A DNA stretch of 64,000 bases from Candidatus Scalinduaceae bacterium (GTDB lineage: Bacteria; Planctomycetota; Brocadiia; Brocadiales; Scalinduaceae). The notes beneath the pieces were generated by a model. The model saw only the letters and a program-made list of their open reading frames with translations. It had not been told where the DNA came from and searched no databases. Where the stretch lies: positions 10,927-74,926 of the forward strand of contig JBHICG010000009.1 of assembly GCA_046759445.1 (NCBI GenBank). The letters run 5' to 3'. This document shows positions 20,038-29,997 of the stretch, piece by piece; position 1 is the stretch's first letter; every line of letters starts with the position of its first letter. Made by a program: the position numbers and the translations under genes.

Positions 20038-22266
20038 CTAAAATGCACTATAATTTTTGTCTATGCAAACTACTCCGTCCCACGATTCCTCAAATGACTT
20101 ATTCCTGTATTGCTTGCATAATTTTACATAAAAGAGTGAAGGACTATCTTCTCCGAATCTTTTGATAATTTCATAAAATTTCTCTGATGCCTCTTCCCAT
20201 GATTGCCTCTTGAATGCATCGAGTGCATAAGAAAATAATTCACAAAGACTTTTTTGCATATGATTGGAATCTTCCTTACGACACATTAATTCATGTACAG
20301 CAATTGGTTTTGCTCTGTCAATCAACAGGAATTTTCCAAGCTCTCTTGTCAGGAAGCAATCAATATGATTCAGCATCTCTTCTGATAACAATATCCGTAC
20401 ACCTAAGTGTTTATTCAACTTATCTATCGTTTTGGCTGTATCGATTATGTCTTCTACAGAGCAGTATTCATAATGATCTTCAGCTCCTATATTATTGAGC
20501 AATATTCGTCCATAATGCATGCCAATACGGGTTGGTATCCAACTCTCACTGGAAGATTGATTATACCTATGAAGCGCTTTATCAATATCAAGCGCTGATA
20601 GGTAGGCCTCTTTCCTTGGATCAGCATCAGAGGTCATCCATATTGCTGTTATAGGGTTCTCTTTCACGTTAGTTATGGTACCACCATGTTGCTTTACTGG
20701 TGCACAAACAACTTTATAGCATTTTTTGATTAAGCTCTTGAGTTTATTTGAATCTATAGTTTCAAATAGCGAGCTATATAAACAAGTTCCATAAACTTTT
20801 TGATTAATATCATTTGGTAGCTGATCTACAATAACATCAGGTAAGTAGTATCCGAGTCTCTTTCTTTTATTCTGTCGCTCATTTTTCTTATTATTATACC
20901 TGCATATTATACCACCTAAAAAAGCCATTGGCGCTTGACAAAATAAAGGGACAGAAAGAGGGTATAAAATACCATTAGCCGTAAATTGATAAAGTGTTAT
21001 GGTTAAATATATCACACTTACCCCTATGACACTTACTGCCGTGATAACAGTAGAAAATAGATAACAAAAAATGCCAATTATCACTCCCCACAGAAAAATA
21101 ATACCGAGATATGCATAAAAACGTAATGGCTGAATATGTGTATTTTCGTATAGATTGGCGAATGCTGTTGCAGCAATTTCAACTCCGCTCATAGGAAATT
21201 CTTTTGATGGTGAAAAGACTATCTTAAAGCCGTCTCGTTGTTCTGGATACAAATGTTCTGAAGAACCAACAAACACGGCCTTGCCGTTAAAGTCTATATG
21301 TTTTTTGTTGACAACCAATTGTTCCGGTAAATTCAATACATTATAATAAGGAACAGTCGTAATAGTGTGTGGGGGTCCATAAAAATTTAAATATTGACTT
21401 TTGGGACTTTGGTACATCCGTATCAGTGATTTAAGGATATGGCTCTTTTTTACATCAATAGATAACATCTTTGAATTATGTAACTCTTCTAGCATTTTTT
21501 CTGCAATCTGAGGGTCGTGTTCAAAGATATCTCTTATAATTTGAATGACCTTTATAACACCTTTGGTATTAATTATTTCGTCTTTGTCTTCCGGTAGTCT
21601 ATTAATTAAGGACGGAGTAAACTTTTTTAATAATTTAATAAAATCATCATAATCATTTAATGTGAAGATTTGGAATACAACTATCGGCAGAGACGGTATA
21701 TTTCCTGCAGATATCTTAAACGTCCAATACTGACTTACTTTTAAAGGTACTTTGGGTATAGGAAAAGGGGCCAGGGCAATTGAGGATTGCTTAAGAGTAG
21801 GAATTGGTTGCACTACTCTTTCAATATCAATATTCCCTATATTAGAACCATCCTCATCAGTCAAAAAAGCCTTCTCCTTCTTGATTTTTTCACAAAGGAC
21901 AACGTTGCCTGCCTTGCTAATCGCTCTTGCAAATAAATTATCATCCTCTGTAGAACGAGTTTCATTAAACATAACGTCGAATGCAATTACTACAGCGCCA
22001 GCCCTGACTAAATTATCGGTTAGACGAGCGTGGTAAGAGCGAGGCCATTTCTTAAGGTCGTAGGGTAGGCTTAATTTGTCGGCAGAAAACTTATCCATGT
22101 TGACAATAATGACATCATGCGGAGGTTGTCTCTGTCCCCTCAGCTTAAAAAACATATCTATGTCCACATTTTCATCGAAAATAAGCCGGAAAAGAATGAG
22201 ACTAACCACCAAACCCGTTATGCCTGTAAGTAGGCCAAGAAATACCGCTTTCCATATATTGACCAC
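20038..22266 (-). CDS. CHASE2 + TM + degenerate class III nucleotide cyclase + C-terminal TPR-like tail
   Basis: CHASE2 motifs (WPRSYHARL, IAFDVMF, SGVEIAATAFANL), 3 TM segments, TRIGMHYG, SWDGV tail; catalytic residues altered. Confidence 0.85.
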   Translation of the reverse strand: MVNIWKAVFLGLLTGITGLVVSLILFRLIFDENVDIDMFFKLRGQRQPPHDVIIVNMDKFSADKLSLPYDLKKWPRSYHARLTDNLVRAGAVVIAFDVMFNETRSTEDDNLFARAISKAGNVVLCEKIKKEKAFLTDEDGSNIGNIDIERVVQPIPTLKQSSIALAPFPIPKVPLKVSQYWTFKISAGNIPSLPIVVFQIFTLNDYDDFIKLLKKFTPSLINRLPEDKDEIINTKGVIKVIQIIRDIFEHDPQIAEKMLEELHNSKMLSIDVKKSHILKSLIRMYQSPKSQYLNFYGPPHTITTVPYYNVLNLPEQLVVNKKHIDFNGKAVFVGSSEHLYPEQRDGFKIVFSPSKEFPMSGVEIAATAFANLYENTHIQPLRFYAYLGIIFLWGVIIGIFCYLFSTVITAVSVIGVSVIYLTITLYQFTANGILYPLSVPLFCQAPMAFLGGIICRYNNKKNERQNKRKRLGYYLPDVIVDQLPNDINQKVYGTCLYSSLFETIDSNKLKSLIKKCYKVVCAPVKQHGGTITNVKENPITAIWMTSDADPRKEAYLSALDIDKALHRYNQSSSESWIPTRIGMHYGRILLNNIGAEDHYEYCSVEDIIDTAKTIDKLNKHLGVRILLSEEMLNHIDCFLTRELGKFLLIDRAKPIAVHELMCRKEDSNHMQKSLCELFSYALDAFKRQSWEEASEKFYEIIKRFGEDSPSLFYVKLCKQYRNKSFEESWDGVVCIDKNYSAF

Positions 22267-22295
22267 TGCTCAAGCTCCTTTTACAAACAATAAAA

Positions 22296-23948
22296 TTACG
22301 AAACCAATGTGATTCCATTACTACAGGGTAGAGTAAACGTGAAGTTACTTCCTTTACCCATCTCACTTTCTATCCATATCCTGCCGCCATGATGTTCTAC
22401 AATCTGTTTGCAGATAGGAAGCCCCAGACCTGTCCCTCTTGATTTCTTTGTAAGTGTTCCATTCACCTGCTTGAATTTCTCAAATACCCTAACCATATCA
22501 CCCTCAGCAATGCCTATCCCTGTATCTATTACACTTACCATTATCTCATTATTTTTCTTCCTCACTCTACAGGTTATGGAACCCTTTTCTGTGAACTTAA
22601 CTGCATTGGAAACCAGATTAATCACAACCTGTATAAGCCGATCCATGTCACCAACGACAGCAGGTAACCCCTCTTCAACATCTCTTATTAACTCGAGGTT
22701 GTTCTGCTCAAAGAAACTATTCGTAAACTTCGTTGCTCTTTCAATCACCTCAACTATAGAAATGGCCTTCATATTCCATTCAATCTTTCCTGACTCAATC
22801 TTTGATATGTCAAGGAGATCGTTTATAAGATCTGCTAGCCTCTTACCCTCCAGGACTATTGTGTTAACGTTCTCATTTATCTGCTTTATTACTCTATGAG
22901 CCTTTTTGTCTTCAACCTTGACATAAGGGAATATAACATCTTCAAGTTTCTTGCTTATAATCCTTGCGAATCCTAATACTAGTGTTAGGGGAGTCCTCAG
23001 TTCATGGGATACTACGGATAAAAATTCCGTTTTAACGTTATCCAGTTCTTGTAGTTTTTTGTTTGCCTCTCTTAATTTAATAGTTCTGTCCTCAACTTTT
23101 TCTTCCAATGACAGGCTGTAATCCTCTAATTTTTTACTGGATATTCTCATATTTTTGGACATTTCTATAAAAGCATTGGCAAGTACGCCAATTTCATCTT
23201 CTGAATTAATTTTGACACTTTCTGTAACAGTAAAATCCCCTTTAGCCAATTTCCGAACCGATTCGGTTAAGTTAATAAGAGGTTTAGATAACTTGGTTGA
23301 TATCATAAAGACAATTATAATACCTAAAATAATAAATATACCAGAAGTAAGGATTGACTGTATAATGATATTCTTGGTTTGATTAAAAATAGTCAACTTG
23401 AAGTTTGCAATTTCCTTATTAAGCGAATCCAATGAAAAACCAAGTCTAAGCACTCCCCATGGCTCTTCATTGATTTTGATTGGCACAATAAATTCCATTA
23501 TTGACACGTCATTTTTCTTATATTCATTAATGATTGATTTACTCTGGTTTACAGCGAACCAATCTTCGGAATTGGACAGTATTTTATTCTGAAGCTCTGG
23601 CTTTAATGTATGGATATATGCCTTGGGTGTGAAGTCTGTTACTATGACATAATCCAGATCTTTGTCCTCTTCAACTGACTTCTTTATTATTTCTGTAACA
23701 TTAGAAAGATTGAAAGTTGCAAAAGCGATTTCTGTCTGCCTGGCCAGATAATCGGAAAGTATTTTTCCTCGCTTAACCAGGTTTTCTCGCATTAGAGCAA
23801 TGCGATTCTCAAATTCTCCTTCTAAAGTCATTTTATGGGTTAATGTCTGAATGATGGTCAATGTAATAAGCAAACCAACAATCAAACCGATCATGGTAGA
23901 AAGGAGTTTTCGACGAATACCTTTTTTTATGAAAATTTGTTCATTCAT
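22296..23948 (-). CDS. Membrane sensor histidine kinase (periplasmic domain, HAMP, HisKA, HATPase)
   Basis: 2 TM segments, [42 protein letters not shown]. Confidence 0.95.
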   Translation of the reverse strand: MNEQIFIKKGIRRKLLSTMIGLIVGLLITLTIIQTLTHKMTLEGEFENRIALMRENLVKRGKILSDYLARQTEIAFATFNLSNVTEIIKKSVEEDKDLDYVIVTDFTPKAYIHTLKPELQNKILSNSEDWFAVNQSKSIINEYKKNDVSIMEFIVPIKINEEPWGVLRLGFSLDSLNKEIANFKLTIFNQTKNIIIQSILTSGIFIILGIIIVFMISTKLSKPLINLTESVRKLAKGDFTVTESVKINSEDEIGVLANAFIEMSKNMRISSKKLEDYSLSLEEKVEDRTIKLREANKKLQELDNVKTEFLSVVSHELRTPLTLVLGFARIISKKLEDVIFPYVKVEDKKAHRVIKQINENVNTIVLEGKRLADLINDLLDISKIESGKIEWNMKAISIVEVIERATKFTNSFFEQNNLELIRDVEEGLPAVVGDMDRLIQVVINLVSNAVKFTEKGSITCRVRKKNNEIMVSVIDTGIGIAEGDMVRVFEKFKQVNGTLTKKSRGTGLGLPICKQIVEHHGGRIWIESEMGKGSNFTFTLPCSNGITLVS

Positions 23949-23977
23949 AAGGACTTAATCCCCCCATATCCCCCTTA

Positions 23978-24139
23978 AGAGGGTGTGTCATAATGTCATT
24001 TTGACCCCGCATCCTTGCTTCCGCAAGGAAGCAGCGGGGGAAAAATTTCTAATCGGTAACATATTTATTTATTTTATTAGATTCTGCACTTGGTTTAGAA
24101 TGACAAAATGCCCATTTACAGGATTATGACACAGCCTCT
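23978..24139. mobile_element. MITE-like element, family 3
   Basis: 17-bp terminal inverted repeats AGAGG[G/C]TGTGTCATAAT with one mismatch, TA on both flanks, internal GTCATT...AATGAC core. Confidence 0.7.
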
Positions 24140-24154
24140 TAGAAGAGAGGATTC

Positions 24155-26251
24155 TCAAAATTCATAACGCAACTCTACCATAAACGACCTTCCCGGCTGG
24201 GGGAAATCGGTAGGCACCGTATTTCTGGGAGCAGGGTCTTCATATCCCTTGTCAAAGAGATTACGTACTGAACCCCTTATCTCAAAGTTGTCCATAAAGT
24301 TTTTACCGATAATGGTAAGATCAACCACTGCGTATGAAGGCATATCTCTCCTGGGATCTCCAAACTCCCTTGGCCTTGGCCCACTGAGGAACGTATGCAG
24401 GTTGGCATTCGCATACTTCCAGAATCCTACGTTCACGCCAAAATTCGCCTTGTGTACGGGCACGTCAGGCAATCGATTTCTATTCCTTGTCTCTTCCGCT
24501 TTCTGAAAGGTATAATTGGCATAAGCGTAATTATCATTCCCAAAATCGGCCTTTATTTCTGCCTCAACACCCATAACCCTTGCTCCTCCTGAATTTTGAA
24601 ATTGCCTGGGGCTTCCCGTATCTAACTGAATCCTATCCCTTATACGGTTAAAAAAGTAATTCATGTTCCCCCTGACGCTTTTAGTAAAATTATAGCCCAG
24701 GCCAATCTCGTATGTATTTATCTTTTCCGGGTCAAGCCCAGGATTACCTATAAAAGCAGGATTATTTATAAAAAACAATTCGTTAAAACTAGGCGCCCTG
24801 AAGGCGGTTGCAAAAAGGAGCTTCAGGTATGCGTCCTCCATAAACCGCCATATCAATCCTATCCTTGGATTGGTTGTGCCCCCAAACCGCTTAAACTGGT
24901 CATGCCTCACTCCAATCGTTAAATCAATATCCTTTGTAATGTTCCACTCATCCTGCAGATAGAGAGCCCATATCTGCCTTGTAGCCCTCCTGGCAAAAGG
25001 AAGGCTACTGGAAAAGTCCCTGAATGAGGGAAGGGGAGCAAACGTCATAGGATCAACAAAGAAAAGGGGATGAAAATTAGCTCCGAATTTAACGTCACCC
25101 TGGTGAATCCATTCGTATTGAAAGCCAAATGTCAAGTCATTTCCCTCAAACAACTTATAATTAAATTGATTTTCAAAACCGACAGTCCGATATTTAATCC
25201 TCGTCAACCCCTTTAGGCCATCAGGAAAGAGAACTGGAAATGGAAACGCAGCCGTTTCCACAAAACCTTCTGGGCGCGTCTCAATAAGGGCATCACTGTT
25301 ATATTGGTCATAATACACCTTTGTTGTCATATTCAGCTTTTCTCCCAGAGGTAGTCTATAAATAAGTTCACCAAATATATATGTATCTTCCCATAACGTA
25401 TCATCACTAAGGGCATTAATGAAACCTATATAACCTTCACGCCTTCTCTTCATATATTTGGACTTGAGTTCCAGGTTTTTGTATGATAGCTTCAGATTCA
25501 GGTCTGTCTTTTCCTTTCTATTTTGAGACCTCCCGGGGCTCATAGAAAAAGGAGCGGGGAAAAGAATATCCTGCTCAATCTTTTTGCTGAAACCCTCTGT
25601 GTCAAGGTAATCAAAAAAACCTGATATCTTTAGATCACCATATTCCTTTCCGAATAACATATTATAATTCTGTGTATCAAAGCTTCCACCACTTGTCGTC
25701 CACTGAAAGCCATCAATATCTTCCGTATCCTTTGTTATGATATTAATAACGGCAAGAAACGCATTCTGCCCGTACAGGGCTGAACCGGGTCCCCTGATAA
25801 TCTCTATCCTTTTTGCATTCTCAACTACAAGATCAAAAAAATTCCATACAGCCCCGCCCGACCCCGGTTCATTAACGGAATGCCCATCTATTAGTATCTT
25901 TACCTTTTGTGTAGATTCTTCTAAGACACCCCTAACAATAATCCTTCTCGCCCCGTCGTTGTCCATTTGGATATCAAAACCGGGTACTATTCTCAAAACA
26001 TCCGTTAATGTCCTGAAACCCATTTGTTTTATCTGTTTGGCCGTAATTACGGTAACGATGCCAGGCGCCCTGCTAATCGGTATCTCACGTTTTGTAGTAA
26101 TAGCCACAAAAGATTCCGCCTGTAACCATCTTATCTCTTCCTGAATCTCTTTTATTTTCTCCGCCGTCTTTGAGACTTCTTCAGAGAAGGCTGGAGTCAC
26201 ATTGAAAACAAAGGTAACAAATAAGAATAAAACGATTATCTTGTTTCTCAT
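24155..26251 (-). CDS. TonB-dependent receptor, paralogue 1
   Basis: ATG 26251 with signal peptide; plug motifs APGIVTVITA, LRIVPG, RIEIIRGPGSALYG; LDPEKI; C-terminal ELRYEF. Confidence 0.93.
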   Translation of the reverse strand: MRNKIIVLFLFVTFVFNVTPAFSEEVSKTAEKIKEIQEEIRWLQAESFVAITTKREIPISRAPGIVTVITAKQIKQMGFRTLTDVLRIVPGFDIQMDNDGARRIIVRGVLEESTQKVKILIDGHSVNEPGSGGAVWNFFDLVVENAKRIEIIRGPGSALYGQNAFLAVINIITKDTEDIDGFQWTTSGGSFDTQNYNMLFGKEYGDLKISGFFDYLDTEGFSKKIEQDILFPAPFSMSPGRSQNRKEKTDLNLKLSYKNLELKSKYMKRRREGYIGFINALSDDTLWEDTYIFGELIYRLPLGEKLNMTTKVYYDQYNSDALIETRPEGFVETAAFPFPVLFPDGLKGLTRIKYRTVGFENQFNYKLFEGNDLTFGFQYEWIHQGDVKFGANFHPLFFVDPMTFAPLPSFRDFSSSLPFARRATRQIWALYLQDEWNITKDIDLTIGVRHDQFKRFGGTTNPRIGLIWRFMEDAYLKLLFATAFRAPSFNELFFINNPAFIGNPGLDPEKINTYEIGLGYNFTKSVRGNMNYFFNRIRDRIQLDTGSPRQFQNSGGARVMGVEAEIKADFGNDNYAYANYTFQKAEETRNRNRLPDVPVHKANFGVNVGFWKYANANLHTFLSGPRPREFGDPRRDMPSYAVVDLTIIGKNFMDNFEIRGSVRNLFDKGYEDPAPRNTVPTDFPQPGRSFMVELRYEF

Positions 26252-26429
26252 AATTTTGTATTTCTTCAAATAGAAAGGTGTGCAATTCGGGCAATTCACA
26301 GAATTGCACCAAATTGCCTTAGCCTAAATTCCTCTGCTGGATTTAAGTACGGTTTTGTCATGGTAAGCTTTATAAAATCAGCCTCGATTAAATTATTATA
26401 CACTTGCCATTGAATGATAATTAACTGCA

Positions 26430-26939
26430 TCATGTGTGTTGAATACTAATCCGCTTTCTCAATGTTCTATTTTCATATTTCCGCCCAAAATTACTGAGAT
26501 CATTTTGGTGCCGCATTACGTTTGATAAAACTAATTGTTCTTGTTCTTCAGGAAGAACATTTATAGTCACCAAGGACTTAAAGATTTCATTGATTTCAGA
26601 AAACTCTATCTGGTGTGCCAACTCATAAGCGTCATCTAAATTTTTTATTGAACCTGCTAAATTTGTATTCATTAGATTCTGAATTTTTACAATGTTTTTC
26701 CACATTTGTTTATCAATATGTGACAAAAGCTGTTCCCGTGTCATAGAGTCGTAGATATCTTGCAATGTTTTCATATGAAGTATTTCGTCCTTAGCCAATT
26801 TGTCCCAAAGGGTTGAAATCTCTGGAAAATGGGAAAATAGCATTGATAATTTAGCATATAATTCACCAGCTTTGCATTCAATTTCAATTGACCGCTCAAT
26901 AATATCAGCTACCATGTGCTCATAATGTGATTCATTCAT
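26430..26939 (-). CDS. Ferritin-like / rubrerythrin-fold protein
   Basis: IEIECKAGELY, DEILH (ExxH), second helix pair HQIEF...RH. Confidence 0.7.
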   Translation of the reverse strand: MNESHYEHMVADIIERSIEIECKAGELYAKLSMLFSHFPEISTLWDKLAKDEILHMKTLQDIYDSMTREQLLSHIDKQMWKNIVKIQNLMNTNLAGSIKNLDDAYELAHQIEFSEINEIFKSLVTINVLPEEQEQLVLSNVMRHQNDLSNFGRKYENRTLRKRISIQHT

Positions 26940-27039
26940 TTGTCATTTCTCTCACCTTATGACGTAAAAGACTAAATTCCGCTGCTGGATTTAAATAGAT
27001 AATATTATATTTAATTGGTTTATACTTATCCATCAGTCC

Positions 27040-27067
27040 TTGACATTCATTTTTTTGATTGTATACT
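27040..27067 (+). promoter_or_regulatory. Sigma70 promoter of the toxin-antitoxin operon
   Basis: TTGACA-N16-TATACT upstream of an AGGAGG RBS. Confidence 0.6.
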
Positions 27068-27112
27068 ATTTTCGTAATCTCGTTATATTGTAATTTTACA
27101 GGAGGTTTTTTT

Positions 27113-27391
27113 ATGTCTTCTATTGCCAAAATCCAGAGGAATTTCCAGATTACTATTCCAGCAGATATACGTGAAAAGGTCCACCTAAAGGTAGGAGACC
27201 TGGTTGATTTCGAAGTCACTGAAAATGGTATTTGCATCAAACCCCAGGAAACCATTGATCGAAGCCAGGCATGGTTCTGGTCTAAGAAGTGGCAAGCTGA
27301 GGAAAAGAAGGTTGAAGATGATTTCCGCAAGGGAAAAGTTCTAAAATCAAAAAATGTAGGGAGCTTTTTAAAAGAGCTTGACAAAGGATGA
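27113..27391 (+). CDS. AbrB/MazE-family antitoxin
   Basis: ATG 27113 after AGGAGG; QITIPADIREKVHLKVGD, QAWFWSKKWQAEE. Confidence 0.88.
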   Translation: MSSIAKIQRNFQITIPADIREKVHLKVGDLVDFEVTENGICIKPQETIDRSQAWFWSKKWQAEEKKVEDDFRKGKVLKSKNVGSFLKELDKG

Positions 27392-27648
27392 AGGTTGTTC
27401 GTTCTCCACGCTTTGACGGGGCCTATAGAAAACTTCCTGAAGAAACAAAAATGGCTTTTAGAAAAAAGATAAAACTTCTTGCACAATCTAACCTTACTCA
27501 TCCTTCCCTTCGAATTAAAAAGATTAAAGGTACCGGCTATATCTGGGAAGCAAGTATTGATATTAAACATCGTTTCACCTTTGAAAAGATCGAAGATGGC
27601 ATCAAACTCAGGGTTATTGGCAAACATAATATTTTGGACCGGCCTTAG
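27388..27648 (+). CDS. RelE/ParE-superfamily toxin
   Basis: ATGA overlap with the antitoxin; HPSLRIKKIKG, WEASI, RFTF, LRVIGKH. Confidence 0.85.
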   Translation: MKVVRSPRFDGAYRKLPEETKMAFRKKIKLLAQSNLTHPSLRIKKIKGTGYIWEASIDIKHRFTFEKIEDGIKLRVIGKHNILDRP

Positions 27649-27720
27649 CCTAAATTCTACTGTTGGAAACCCCAATATTTTAAACCTAAGTTGAGTAGTT
27701 TTTTATAAAATTAATGTAAC

Positions 27721-27804
27721 CTCCCCCCTAAAAAGAGGGGCTGGGGTGTGTATAAAGGCATATCTACACACCCCTTAATCCCCTCTTTTTAGAGGGGAAA
27801 CTAT
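27721..27804. repeat. CCCCTCT...AGAGGGG palindromic repeat, copy 2
   Basis: Matches 16169-16271; overlaps the 3' end of the 27764-29992 gene. Confidence 0.7.
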
Positions 27805-29992
27805 TATGTGCCTTTTTTCTACTGCCCTTTTTCAGCTCCTCTTCAAGTCGCTTGCGCTCTGTAATGTCAGTGGAGATTCCACAGACTCCGTAAATAACAT
27901 TATGACTATCACTTAGTGGAAACTTTAAAGAAATGTAACTGTGCGGTCCGTCATCGTGTGGGGCAATCTCCTCAAACTCTATTGAAGTTCCAGCTTTGAG
28001 CACTTTTTTGTCGTTTTCCCGAAATGCATCTGCCTTATCCTCTGGAAAGATATCGTAATCTGTCTTGCCAACGACTTCATTTTTAGTTACATGGAAGAGG
28101 GTTTCGTACTGATGGTTTATCAGGATATAACGTCCTTTTGTATCCTTCAGGTAGATAACGGCCGTTGTGTTATCTATTATTGCCTGTAGTCTTTCCTCAC
28201 TCTCTTTCAGGGCTAACTCAGTTCGCTTTTGTTCATCAATTTTCACCAGAAGTTCATTGTTTGCCTTTGCCAGATTCGCTGTGCGTTCGGTTACACGCTG
28301 CTCCAGAGACTCGTTAAGAGTCTTTAGCTCTTTCTCAACCCGCTTGCGCTCTGTGATATCACGCGAAATCCCCATAAGACCAATGAATTTTCCGTTTTCA
28401 TCACGCAACATTGTTGCCGTAAGTTGGGCCGTAAACGTGTCACCATTTTTCCTTCTGTTCAAAACCACTCCCTCAAACTCGTCGTTACTCCTGGTAGCAT
28501 TGTACACGTTCTCGCTCTGCAATGGATCAGCATATAGCATTTCAACATGTCTGCCCAATACTTCATCCCTGGTATAACCAAAGGTCTCCTCAGCCGTCCG
28601 ATTGAATGTAACTATATTTCTATCCTTGTCCACAGAAATGATCATATCATGAGAACTTTGGGTAAGGCTCTCGGAGTAGTTATTTGCCTGTTGCAGACCT
28701 TCCTGTATTCGCTTGCGTTCCATAACCTCCTTCTCTAAATCCTCCATAAGATTGACGCTTGAGGTCTGTATTGCTCTAAGCTCGTCGTAGGTATTTTTAA
28801 GCTTCTCCTCAGCTTGCTTACGATGGGAAATGTCCAGCGCCACACACACTATCCCCTCAATCTCGCCAGTAACATCATGCATTACCGAACAAGAAAATAA
28901 TACCGGTATTTTCCTGTCATTCTTTGTGCGATATACCTTCTCTATATTAGCCATATAACCTATTCTGATTAAATTATCAAACTCCCTTCCCTCAAAGAGT
29001 TTTTCATCTGCCGTAAATATTATGTTGATGGACTTACCAATCAACTCCTTTTCTTCATATCTTAAAAGCCTGAGGGTTGCTTGATTAACTGTTTTTATTG
29101 TTTTATCGGGGCTGATTACTATCAAGGTGTCAACCATTGATTTTATGATGTTACCTGTGTAGTCCTTGGCTGAAATGAGCTTATATCTTGAGTTTTGTAA
29201 ACCTTCAGTCATCTTGTTAAAAGAAGCGGCCAGTTGACCAAATTCATCTTTTGACTTCACATCAATTCGGAAGGTGAGATCCCCTTTAGAGATCCTTTCA
29301 GTTCCTAATACTAGCTCCTTAATTGGAGCTACTAAAGCTCGCATAAAAAAGACTCCTACTGCCATGGCTACAACCAAGATCACGAACAACAATAGGAGCG
29401 TATTTCTTAGAGTAACCATAATTGCGTGTTCTACGTTATGGCTAATCTCCCTGGCCATTAAGTTAGTGGTATTTTGGATTTCCTCAATGGAGAATCCAAT
29501 ACGAACTGTACCCAGTTTCTTAAGCCCAACCATAATAGGCGCAGCTACATCAACTATATTAGTCTGTCTTTGTATTAATAAATCTTTGGCAATAATTATC
29601 TTTCTGGTATACTCGTCAGTGAGCACTTCCCCTAACAATTTAGCCTCTTTAGTAGTGTCAATCAATACTCTTCCATTTTTATCATAGATATAGACGTAAC
29701 GGAAACCCTTTTCTTTCATAGCTAGTTTTGCAAAATAATTCATTTCTGTAACATCAAGATCATTCAAAGATTGAACTAACTCCTTAGCCAGGAGGGACGT
29801 TATCGCCCGTATCTTTTCTTCCCATTCATTCGCAAGTGCGGAGGTTACGAGTTTTGTATTGGTCTCTCCTACCATAGAGAGATTCCGTATGTGAAGGTCG
29901 ATTACTATACTAACAAAAATGCCCACTGGCAGGAAAATTGTTAAGCAGATGAACACAATGAACTTCGTTTTGATGCTTCTGGATTTAAACAT
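27764..29992 (-). CDS. Membrane sensor with HAMP and three PAS domains, no output domain
   Basis: 2 TM segments, DEFGQLA HAMP, PAC ends DISHRK, DITERK, DITERK; ends in repeat-derived sequence. Confidence 0.85.
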   Translation of the reverse strand: MFKSRSIKTKFIVFICLTIFLPVGIFVSIVIDLHIRNLSMVGETNTKLVTSALANEWEEKIRAITSLLAKELVQSLNDLDVTEMNYFAKLAMKEKGFRYVYIYDKNGRVLIDTTKEAKLLGEVLTDEYTRKIIIAKDLLIQRQTNIVDVAAPIMVGLKKLGTVRIGFSIEEIQNTTNLMAREISHNVEHAIMVTLRNTLLLLFVILVVAMAVGVFFMRALVAPIKELVLGTERISKGDLTFRIDVKSKDEFGQLAASFNKMTEGLQNSRYKLISAKDYTGNIIKSMVDTLIVISPDKTIKTVNQATLRLLRYEEKELIGKSINIIFTADEKLFEGREFDNLIRIGYMANIEKVYRTKNDRKIPVLFSCSVMHDVTGEIEGIVCVALDISHRKQAEEKLKNTYDELRAIQTSSVNLMEDLEKEVMERKRIQEGLQQANNYSESLTQSSHDMIISVDKDRNIVTFNRTAEETFGYTRDEVLGRHVEMLYADPLQSENVYNATRSNDEFEGVVLNRRKNGDTFTAQLTATMLRDENGKFIGLMGISRDITERKRVEKELKTLNESLEQRVTERTANLAKANNELLVKIDEQKRTELALKESEERLQAIIDNTTAVIYLKDTKGRYILINHQYETLFHVTKNEVVGKTDYDIFPEDKADAFRENDKKVLKAGTSIEFEEIAPHDDGPHSYISLKFPLSDSHNVIYGVCGISTDITERKRLEEELKKGSRKKAHNSFPSKKRGLRGV

Positions 29993-29997
29993 TTTTA

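Noticed and set aside
26252..26299. MNCPNC (CxxC) N-terminus of TBDR1 in the ORF track
   Set aside because: Derived from the AATT-ladder repeat; the paralogue and signal peptide support ATG 26251.
26316..27670. Direct repeats considered as a CRISPR array or attC sites
   Set aside because: Spacing of about 650 bp is far too long for CRISPR, no cas genes are present, and I saw no paired RYYYAAC/GTTRRRY core sites.
26932..27675. 247-aa minus-strand ORF
   Set aside because: Antisense shadow of the well-supported TA pair; no recognisable motifs.
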